Shown: positions 18,761-26,092 of the stretch, in pieces
Layout: each line of letters begins with the position of its first letter
Position numbering within the stretch: the first letter of the stretch is position 1
NCBI GenBank assembly: GCA_963721715.1
Contig: CAVRKI010000004.1
Coordinates: 1,426,991 to 1,490,990 of the forward strand
Length of the DNA: 64,000 nucleotides
DNA from: an uncultured Acidobacteriota bacterium
GTDB taxonomy: Bacteria > Acidobacteriota > Vicinamibacteria > Vicinamibacterales > UBA2999
Direction of reading: 5' to 3'
Notes under the pieces: generated by a model
Told to the model about the DNA's origin: nothing
Database searches by the model: none
Seen by the model: only the letters and a program-made list of their open reading frames with translations
Program-made: the position numbers and the translations under genes

Positions 18761-19059
18761 CACTCCAGTACCTCGTAATGCCGGACGATGCGATCGTAGT
18801 CCACCATCATCGCCGCCACCGCTTCGGGCACGACGGCAGCTTCGACATTCGCACCCGCGAACGCCCGGATGGCATCGAGCGACGCCCAGCGCGTGACGAT
18901 CAGGAACTCCACGCCCTCCGGAACCTCGCGGCGAAGAATAGATGCGTCGACGAAGCCAGGCAGGCGCCGCAACGACGGAAGCGTGGCGGCGCGCAGGTGC
19001 TGCACGTAGGCGGCCGCATGCTCGCGGCTGGCGACGCCCCGCCATTGGCGCGACGTCAC
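18760..19059 (-). CDS. ABM-like (antibiotic-biosynthesis-monooxygenase fold) small protein
   Basis: The GTG start at 19059 overlaps the upstream TGA (GTGA). The pattern is FLIVTRWASLDAIRAFAG. The stop overlaps the MBL ATG. Confidence 0.55.
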   Translation of the reverse strand: MTSRQWRGVASREHAAAYVQHLRAATLPSLRRLPGFVDASILRREVPEGVEFLIVTRWASLDAIRAFAGANVEAAVVPEAVAAMMVDYDRIVRHYEVLE

Positions 19060-19382
19060 GCCTGCACCTCGATCGGCGTGAAGTTCGAGAACAACTCCGA
19101 CGCTTCGGGCACCTGCGCCACCGGGACGTAGTCGCACACCGCGCCGTAGGCCTCCCACATCTTCAGTACCGTCGGGTGGCTGTGCGCGGCCTGGATGGCA
19201 TCGGCCGACACCCACTCGAACACTTCGAGGATGGTGCCGTCGGCAGCCTCCATCGTGATGGGCGCGCGATCGGTGGCGAGACCAAGGCCACGAAGGGTTG
19301 AGACATGGTCCCGGATCAGCACCCGGAGCGCCTCCTGCTGACCGGACTTCGGGCGATAACAGGCGATGACGATACGGCTCAT
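19056..19382 (-). CDS. ABM-domain small protein
   Basis: Start at ATG 19382 (MSRIVIACYRPKSGQQEAL). ILEVFEWVSADAIQAAHSHP. ATGA overlap with the upstream gene. Confidence 0.6.
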   Translation of the reverse strand: MSRIVIACYRPKSGQQEALRVLIRDHVSTLRGLGLATDRAPITMEAADGTILEVFEWVSADAIQAAHSHPTVLKMWEAYGAVCDYVPVAQVPEASELFSNFTPIEVQA

Positions 19383-19705
19383 GGGACCTCCGTGACACGG
19401 CGATGCATCTGCGGCAGAAGGCCGGGCTGCGCATACGAGATCGGCGTGACGTCGAAGCAGGTCGTCTCCCACTCGAACCCTTCACCCCAGGTGATAGCGG
19501 CATCCGTGCTGGCGCCGGCCTCGAGCAGCAGGCGGAGGCACGCCGCGAACCGGTCCGATCGTGTGTACATCTCCGTCATCCAGGTGACGGGCAACTTGCC
19601 CCGAACGGGCGAGTGCGGGTCGAGACCACCCTCGAGCAGCCCGCGTAACTGCTCGACCGAATGCAACTCGATAGCGGTCAGCAATTCCTGCTCTGTGCTG
19701 GTCAT
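19379..19705 (-). CDS. Hypothetical ankyrin-repeat-like protein
   Basis: Start at ATG 19705. ELLTAIELHSVEQLRGLLEGGLDPH...CLRLLLEAGAS resembles ankyrin repeats. Confidence 0.45.
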   Translation of the reverse strand: MTSTEQELLTAIELHSVEQLRGLLEGGLDPHSPVRGKLPVTWMTEMYTRSDRFAACLRLLLEAGASTDAAITWGEGFEWETTCFDVTPISYAQPGLLPQMHRRVTEVP

Positions 19706-19765
19706 GTCCTTGGTGCCCCGCAGTCTAACGATGCGCAGAAATGGCGTCCATTTCACTGGTCGAGC

Positions 19766-19795
19766 TTGACATGTGACCATATGGTCACCTAAATT
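19766..19795 (+). promoter_or_regulatory. Sigma70-like promoter TTGACA-N18-TAAATT for the ArsR-family gene
   Basis: TTGACA at 19766-19771 and TAAATT at 19790-19795. The ATG at 19809 is about 7 nt from the predicted transcription start. Confidence 0.6.
19773..19788. promoter_or_regulatory. Perfect 16-bp palindrome GTGACCATATGGTCAC (putative ArsR-type operator) in the promoter spacer
   Basis: Read directly. It lies between the -35 and -10 boxes in the divergent intergenic region 19706-19808. Confidence 0.65.
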
Positions 19796-19808
19796 CAGCG
19801 CCATCGAC

Positions 19809-20567
19809 ATGGACGATGTGTTCAGGGCGCTGGCCGACCCGACCCGCCGCAGCCTGCTCGATGAGTTGTTCGAGCGAGACGGGCAGACGCTGACCTCGTT
19901 GGAGCAGCGTCTTCCGATGACCCGCTTCGGTGTGATGAAGCACTTGCGCATCCTCGAAGAGGCGGGCCTGGTCGTCACGAAACGCCGCGGGCGCGAGAAG
20001 CTCCACTTCCTGAATGCCGTCCCGATCAGGCTCGTCCACGACCGGTGGGTGAGCAAGTACGCGGAACCCTGGGCCGCCGCCCTCAGCGACCTCAAGCACG
20101 AATTGGAGAAGACGATGGAGAAGGTATTCGAGATCTACATCAAGACCACGCCGGAGCGGCTGTGGGAGGCGATCGTCACGCCCGAGCAGCGCGAGAAGTA
20201 CAACTTCGGCGCCGGGGTCCGGGGCGAGCTGAAGCCCGGCGCGAAGTACACGATGAGCGCGCGCAATGGGACGGTGATGCTGGGCGAAGGCACGTTCCTC
20301 GAAGTGGAGCCGCCGCGGCGTCTGGTGCAGACGATGGTGGCGCTGTGGAGCGACGAAGTGAAGAGCGAGGGCACGTCGCGCATCACCTGGGATATCCAGC
20401 CGGTCGGCGATTCGTGCCGGCTGACGGTCACCCACGACCAGCTGCGCGAAGGCGTGAACGATCAGCTCTACGGCGGCTGGCCGATGATCCTGTCCGGACT
20501 GAAGACGTGGCTCGAAACCGGCGAACTGCTGACGACGCCGGGATCGATCACTTACGTCACGGCGTAG
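19809..20567 (+). CDS. ArsR/SmtB-family HTH regulator fused to an SRPBCC (AHSA1-like) domain
   Basis: MDDVFRALADPTRRSLLDELF...FGVMKHLRILEEAGLV is the ArsR wHTH. It is followed by FEIYIKTTPERLWEAIV...GGWPMILSGLKTWLETG, which is AHSA1-like. Confidence 0.85.
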   Translation: MDDVFRALADPTRRSLLDELFERDGQTLTSLEQRLPMTRFGVMKHLRILEEAGLVVTKRRGREKLHFLNAVPIRLVHDRWVSKYAEPWAAALSDLKHELEKTMEKVFEIYIKTTPERLWEAIVTPEQREKYNFGAGVRGELKPGAKYTMSARNGTVMLGEGTFLEVEPPRRLVQTMVALWSDEVKSEGTSRITWDIQPVGDSCRLTVTHDQLREGVNDQLYGGWPMILSGLKTWLETGELLTTPGSITYVTA

Positions 20568-20624
20568 GGATCAGACAGCAGGGATCAGGGATCGGTGCGA
20601 AGTCTTGGGGCTTGGGGCTTGGGG
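20567..20624. repeat. Compound heptamer island: GGGATCA units, then (CTTGGGG)x3
   Basis: The sequence is gggatca gacagca gggatca gggatcg ... cttgggg cttgggg cttgggg. It contains the stop codons of both convergent genes (TAG 20565-67, TGA 20571-73). Confidence 0.95.
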
Positions 20625-21317
20625 TCTCCGCTTCACGGAGATGCGGCGGAGCACGGATGCGCTGTTCAGTTCGCGCAGCGCATCCTTCCCCACCCAGCGA
20701 GCCGCCGCGTCCTCGGAGGCCGCAAGGCGTTGAGACACGGCGAGCGAGGCCTTGTGGAGCGCGGCGTTGCGCTTGCCGGTGGCGCGAAGCGCCATGTTCA
20801 CGGCCTTCTTCACGTAGAGGCGTTCATCGGTGGCGGCGCGTTCGATCAGCGCCAGCCCCTCCAGGAACGGCTGGTCGCCGGCCGACTTGTCGTGAACGGT
20901 AAGACCCCATAGCAGCGCGAAGGCGGCGCGCTTCTGGTACTCGTCCTTGCGGCCTGCCCACTGCGTTACCTTACGCCACGCGTACGGAGTGCGGTCGAAC
21001 AGCGCGAAGCACACGGTGTCGCATACGGCCCAGTTGTCGAAGCCGCGGCACCAGCGATCCATCTGCGCGGCGGTCACCACCGACGGGTCGTCGACGTAGG
21101 CGGCCAGCATGCGCGCCTCCAGCCACTCGCTGTCCCACAACGCCTGCGCCAGCGCGTGGTCATGCCCCAGTTGCTTCGCCAGCCTCTGAATACTCCCCAT
21201 CGTCACGCCCAGGGCGCGGTCGGTGGGGATGGCAAAGCGCGCCAGCCCGTCGCGGTGCGACCTGGTGCCGTGGCTCTTCAGCCACTGGATGGCCGGCTGA
21301 GGGTCGGGAGGGGGCAT
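20571..21317 (-). CDS. DNA alkylation repair protein (AlkD-like HEAT-repeat family)
   Basis: Intact 248-aa ORF. WDSEWLEARMLAAYV...FDNWAVCD...EYQKRAAFALL...YVKKAVNMALR matches this family's pattern. Confidence 0.75.
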   Translation of the reverse strand: MPPPDPQPAIQWLKSHGTRSHRDGLARFAIPTDRALGVTMGSIQRLAKQLGHDHALAQALWDSEWLEARMLAAYVDDPSVVTAAQMDRWCRGFDNWAVCDTVCFALFDRTPYAWRKVTQWAGRKDEYQKRAAFALLWGLTVHDKSAGDQPFLEGLALIERAATDERLYVKKAVNMALRATGKRNAALHKASLAVSQRLAASEDAAARWVGKDALRELNSASVLRRISVKRRPQAPSPKTSHRSLIPAV

Positions 21318-21336
21318 GAGGGGTTCTGTGGGGCCA

Positions 21337-21359
21337 GGGATCAGGGATCAAGGCTTGGG
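21337..21359. repeat. (GGGATCA)x2 plus aggcttggg
   Basis: Read directly. The TGA stop at 21348-21350 of the aldolase gene is part of the second unit. Confidence 0.9.
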
Positions 21360-22475
21360 CGGCGTGGCCAGCGGGCCGACCACGACCTTCCCCTGCGTGT
21401 TCGCCAGCGGTCCCAACTCCGCCGCCACTCCGCGCGCGATTGCGGCGGTCTCGCTGCCCGCCTGGAAGCAGGTGAAGTCGGGGCGATCGCGCCATGCGAG
21501 CGGGCCGCACAGGCGGACCTTGGCGTTGATTGCGGCGTCGTGGACGATGTTGATCGCGCGCTCGTAGTCAGGCTGTCCCTGGCGGTAGCCGGTGAAGTTC
21601 GCGAGATCGCCGCTGGCGGCGAAGATGGCGGTGACGCCGGGCACCTTTGCGATCTCCGCGGCGTTCTTCAATCCTTCCAGCGTCTCGATCATCAGGATGA
21701 CGACGAGGTTGTCGTTCACCGTGTTGCGATAGCCGCCGGGGACGGTGCCCCACATGGTGGAGTCGAAGGCCTGCCCGCCGCCGTTGCTGCGGCGGCCGAG
21801 CGGCGGGAAGTAGGCCCAGTTCACGACGTCTCGTGCCTCCTGCACGGTGTCCACGGTGGGCACCACCAGTACCAGCGCACCGGCATCGAGCGCATGCTGA
21901 ATCTCGCGTTCATCGGTGTAGGCCACGCGCACGCCAGGCACGGCTTTCGCGGTTGGGCACGTCCGCCACATCCGCGCCACCGCCTGCCAGTCGCGCTGGT
22001 CGTGCTGCATCTCGGTCCAGATGAAGTCGTAGCCGGCGTTGGCCATGGCGCAGTAGGTGCTGGGGTCGGTCGCGGCAAACAGCGTCCCGCCGGTCACCTT
22101 GCCGCCTTGCTGCATCTTCAGCTTCACCGGATTCCACACCGGCGCATTCGCGGGCGGATTGAACGCGGTGCCGTACTTCCACGTCGCCGGGTCGAAGGGC
22201 CCGGCGTTGGTCGCGAACGGCGGCGCCGTGTCCTTCGCCTTGCTGTCGGCGCCGGCTGGCGCCGCAAGCGGGAAGCTGGCCGTGCCGGGCGCGGCGTTGC
22301 CGGCGTAGGGATCGGCGGTCGGGGCCGGTGTCTGCTGGCGTGGCGCAGCCGGTGGGGCCGCCCCGGGAGGCGACGCGGGTGTTTGTGCCGCGGGCGCTTG
22401 TGCCTGTGCGCCGGCCATCAGCTGCAGCAACCCCAGCGCGCCTGCCAGTGTGACTCCGAGAACAAGCTGTCTCAT
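21348..22475 (-). CDS. HpcH/HpaI-family aldolase domain with N-terminal signal peptide and Pro/Ala-rich linker
   Basis: MRQLVLGVTLAGALGLLQLMAGAQA, then about 60 aa of P/A-rich sequence. The domain follows: ANAGYDFIWTEMQH...VVPTVDTVQEA...MIETLEGLKNAAEI. A GGGAGG SD precedes the ATG. Confidence 0.8.
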   Translation of the reverse strand: MRQLVLGVTLAGALGLLQLMAGAQAQAPAAQTPASPPGAAPPAAPRQQTPAPTADPYAGNAAPGTASFPLAAPAGADSKAKDTAPPFATNAGPFDPATWKYGTAFNPPANAPVWNPVKLKMQQGGKVTGGTLFAATDPSTYCAMANAGYDFIWTEMQHDQRDWQAVARMWRTCPTAKAVPGVRVAYTDEREIQHALDAGALVLVVPTVDTVQEARDVVNWAYFPPLGRRSNGGGQAFDSTMWGTVPGGYRNTVNDNLVVILMIETLEGLKNAAEIAKVPGVTAIFAASGDLANFTGYRQGQPDYERAINIVHDAAINAKVRLCGPLAWRDRPDFTCFQAGSETAAIARGVAAELGPLANTQGKVVVGPLATPPKP

Positions 22476-22528
22476 GACGGTCCTCCCGTGCGCGCCGAGT
22501 GTAGCGCGTCAGCGCCCATGACGCTCGG

Positions 22529-22563
22529 CTTGGGGCTCGGGGCCTGGGGCTTGAGTCTTGGGG
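22529..22563. repeat. Tandem heptamers (CYYGRGK)x5: cttgggg ctcgggg cctgggg cttgagt cttgggg
   Basis: Read directly. It lies inside the operon, between the rhodanese stop and the aldolase start. Confidence 0.95.
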
Positions 22564-22571
22564 CGGGCACG

Positions 22572-23486
22572 CTACTTCTTCGCCGGGTTCTCGACCGGGT
22601 AGTCCTTCCGCGACCACTCCTCGAACGACCCGTCGTAGAGCAGCACCTTGAACCCGAGCGTGCGCGCGGCCAGGATCACCTGCGTCGCCTGCTGGCCGAT
22701 ATGGCAGTAGGCCACCACCGTGTCGCCCGGCTCGACGCCCGCATCCGCGAACAGTTTCTGCAACTCCGCCGCGGGCTTCAGGCGGTTCCCCTGATCGACG
22801 GTGTCGCCGAACGGCACGCTCCCCGCGCCCTGGATGTGCCCCGTCTTGTGCGGTGCGGTCGGCCCGCCGCCGGTCTGCGCGCCGCTGTAGAAGCCCGTGT
22901 TCCGCCCATCGACGATCGCGATGTTCCTGGTCGCGAGGTTCGCCTTCACGAACTCCGCGTCCACGACGATGGGCCGCAGGGTCAGCGGCGCCAGTGTTCC
23001 CGGGCGCTCCGCGGGGACCTCGGTGGATAGCGGCTGTCCGGCCTTCACCCAGGCCTCGAGGCCGCCATCGAGCAGGGACGCCTGCTCGCCCAGCCCGGCA
23101 TAGTCGAGCGTGAACATGACGCGCGCCGTAGGCGAAACCAGCGGGTTCTCGCGCCCGAAGTAAACGACGACGCGCGAGTCCGTCGAGATGCCGGCCGCGG
23201 CCAGCCTCTGCCGAAGGGCGTCGGCGGGCAGCATCTGCAGCGTGAGCCCGCCGGCCGAGCGGTCGGTGACTGCGAGGTCCTGATAGTTGAGGTATCGCGC
23301 GCCGGGGATGTGTCCGGCGTCGTACTCGGGCCGCGGTCCGACGTGCAGCAGCACGAGGTCGCGGTCCTGGAGGTGTTCCGCCAGCCAGGCCGGCTGCACC
23401 AGCACGCGGTCGCGCGCCGCGAGCGTCTGGGCGTGGAGGCTCCCGGCCGACAGGAGCAGGGCGAGAACGATTGTCTTGTAGGTCAT
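22572..23486 (-). CDS. Tandem-rhodanese sulfurtransferase (thiosulfate/3-mercaptopyruvate type), exported
   Basis: Start at ATG 23486 (MTYKTIVLALLLSAGSLHA). Two rhodanese domains. Active-site loop YCHIGQQAT. Confidence 0.85.
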   Translation of the reverse strand: MTYKTIVLALLLSAGSLHAQTLAARDRVLVQPAWLAEHLQDRDLVLLHVGPRPEYDAGHIPGARYLNYQDLAVTDRSAGGLTLQMLPADALRQRLAAAGISTDSRVVVYFGRENPLVSPTARVMFTLDYAGLGEQASLLDGGLEAWVKAGQPLSTEVPAERPGTLAPLTLRPIVVDAEFVKANLATRNIAIVDGRNTGFYSGAQTGGGPTAPHKTGHIQGAGSVPFGDTVDQGNRLKPAAELQKLFADAGVEPGDTVVAYCHIGQQATQVILAARTLGFKVLLYDGSFEEWSRKDYPVENPAKK

Positions 23487-23563
23487 CGACAGGAGCCTCG
23501 CAGCAGTCTTGTCGAATGTCAACAAGAGGGTGACGACCGTGCGGCGCCTGGTTGGCGGCCCGA

Positions 23564-24433
23564 TCAGCGCGCTGGCGGCACCAGCGCGACACGGAAGCCG
23601 ATGAACGCACGGCGCGCACCCGGCTCCGCGGCACCACGCGTCGTCGTCCTCACCATCCGTGCATCGTCACCGAAGTGCCCGCCGCGAATCACCCAGAGGG
23701 CGTCGGCCTCCAGGGTGGCGCGGTCGTCGTCCGGATCGTAGGGGTACGGCTGATTCGGACTCGCCGTCCACTCCCACACGTTACCGCTCATGTCGGCCAG
23801 TCCGTAAGGGCACTCGGGACACGGGAACTGCCCCACCGGCGTCGTCCCCGATCCGGCGAAGTTCGCGCGATCGCGACGCGGCTCCGCGCCCCACGGAAAT
23901 CGCCGCCCATCGGTGCCGCGCGCCGCCTTCTCCCATTGCGCCTCGCTCGGCAGCCGCACGCGCCAGCCATCGACCAGGCGCTGCCTCGTGGCGGGCGGCG
24001 TGGCGGGCGATTGTTTCAGCGTGGTTTCCAGCCAGCGGCAGTAAGCGAGCGCTTCGGGCCAGGCGACGTTGGTCACGGGATGGTCTGGTGAACCGACAAG
24101 CGTCAGCGGCGGGACCGCGCCGACGCCCGCGCGCGCAAAGGCCGTGAACTGCGCCACCGTGGTCTCGTGCCGCGCGATGAAGAAGGTCGGCAGGTCCACC
24201 GAGCCTTCGCCCTCCGATGGCGACCAGCGTTCGTTGTCGAACGCCTGCGGATCGCGCGCACGACCGGCGCCCATGATGAATGGCCCGCCCGGCACTTCGG
24301 TGAAATCCGGCAGCAGGTTGGCCGGCCCGCGCGGCGCGCCCTGACCGTGAACCGTCCAGATACCGCTCGCCATCGCGGCGAGCACCGCCGCGAGACACCA
24401 CTGTTTCAACGCGACGCCGAGGCTTTCTCGCAC
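23564..24433 (-). CDS. SUMF1/EgtB/PvdO-family (FGE-sulfatase fold) protein, exported
   Basis: Signal peptide. HPVTNVAWPEALAYCRWL, RLPSEAQWEKAARG, GNVWEWT and RGGHF motifs. Confidence 0.85.
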   Translation of the reverse strand: MRESLGVALKQWCLAAVLAAMASGIWTVHGQGAPRGPANLLPDFTEVPGGPFIMGAGRARDPQAFDNERWSPSEGEGSVDLPTFFIARHETTVAQFTAFARAGVGAVPPLTLVGSPDHPVTNVAWPEALAYCRWLETTLKQSPATPPATRQRLVDGWRVRLPSEAQWEKAARGTDGRRFPWGAEPRRDRANFAGSGTTPVGQFPCPECPYGLADMSGNVWEWTASPNQPYPYDPDDDRATLEADALWVIRGGHFGDDARMVRTTTRGAAEPGARRAFIGFRVALVPPAR

Positions 24434-25985
24434 GCGAAGCCCCAGCCGTGCCGGCAGGCGCGAGCGTACACGTCTGGCTCGGACATCTCCAACAGGTTCG
24501 GCCCCCCTTCGCGCAAAAGGAGGCGCAGGTCCAGCAGCCGCGGCTGGGTGGCCAGCGGTTCATCTGCATCCAGCAGGTTCAGGCAGCCCGGCTGATAGCG
24601 CCCTTCACAGGCGCGGGCGAAGTATGCGAACGCGCGGTCCTGATTCGCGGCAACGAGCCCGCCTTCGAGGTAGTGCCGTCCGAGTTCGTTGCACGCCCAG
24701 CCGGCATTGTCGGCGCAATAGGACGCCTCGATGTTCAACAGGCGGTCACACGCCTGCGGGCGGTCTTCCTCGCACGCCTGCTGCCAGAACGGGAGGGCGT
24801 CACCACGATGCATGCCGTCGGTGCCGCCGCGCAGGGTCATCGCCCCGAAGAAGAGGGCCCACACGGCCATGTGCGCGTAGTTGAATCGGCCCGGAGGACC
24901 GTTCATCCCCACGACCTCGAGCCAGGGGCGGCGGCCGAGCTGCCGCACCGCGCGATCGATGGCCGGCACCATCAGGTTGAGCATCGGCACGCACAGCAGC
25001 TTGTCGTAGAACGTGGCCTGCCCCATCGCGGCGAGCAGGCCGTACAGGATGCCCACCCCCACACCGTAGAGCACGCCGAAGATCACGCGGCCCAGCGGCG
25101 TTCGCGGTGAGGTCGACGGATCGGTGACCAGCAGGTGGAGGCCGAGGAACACCGCCGCCGGAATCTCCGAGTCCACGAAGTACGGCACGCCGGTGATGCC
25201 CGGTATAGATCGCGCTGCCCGCAAACAGCGTGGCGGCCGCGGTCGCGGTCACCGGTGTGGTGGCAAAGAAGTACATCACCACCAGCCCGACGATGAACAT
25301 CAGCAGGTAGGCCTGCGGCCCCATGCCGAACGTGGTCGCGATCTCCTGTCCCCAGGTGATGTTCGTGGTCCCGGTCGCCAGCAGCACCACCGAGAACACC
25401 GCCAACGCGAACGACGAAGGATTGAAGATGTGCACGCGACGGCCGTCGCGGTCCCAGCGCACGAAGGCCTTGCCGAGAAATGCCAGCGCCACCAGGACAA
25501 ACTGCAGCGCGGAACCATTCGTCCTTGAACCAGAGGAAGAAGTTGATGCTGAGGATGATGGGCACCGGGCCGAAGCCCAGCTGATAGTCGTCTCGGCGTG
25601 ACCAGGCCAGCAGCAGGTCGAACGCATAGGCGAAGACGAGCTGCCCGATCAGGAGGGGCGCGAAATCGTAGACGGGCAGCCAGAACCAGCCCCAGTAGCC
25701 ATAGATACTCAGCTGGCAGCAGGTCTGGATGTAATGCTGCGGGCGCGGCGGGGCGAACGTCAGCTCACGCGCCCCTTCACCAAGCGCCCGCACGGCGAGC
25801 AGGCCCTGCCAGGCGAGCAATCCAATCGCCGCTCCCCAGAACGACCACGCGACGGGCCCGCTCTCGCGCACCCGCGGCAGTAGGCCAAGGGCCAGCAAGC
25901 CCCCGGTGAGCGCCAGGGGCACCACGAACACACCCAGCCCACCGACGGGGCTGGCGTGCTGACGGGACCGGGGGGTGTGAGCCAT
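24406..25985 (-). CDS. Polytopic membrane protein (tentatively RnfD/NqrB-like core) with Cys-rich Sel1-like C-terminal domain; frame broken twice
   Basis: Three ORF pieces join: 25083..25988, 24800..25627 and 24406..25224. The breaks lie near 25515 and at the ccc run 25199-25201. [11 protein letters not shown] motif. The tail [19 protein letters not shown]...[11 protein letters not shown] resembles Sel1 repeats. Confidence 0.6.
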
Positions 25986-26092
25986 CAACGGCGCTCTTTT
26001 TATACCACCGGGTTGACAATTCGGGCGTCCCGCAGCATCCTTGGCCCGAAATTCCTGCGGTTAGCCACGTACCTTCGTTGCCCGAGGTGTCC

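Noticed and set aside
23564-24433. The FGE/C-type-lectin-fold protein as the variable target of a diversity-generating retroelement.
   Set aside because: There is no reverse transcriptase, no template-repeat/variable-repeat pair and no A-specific mismatch pattern anywhere in the window.
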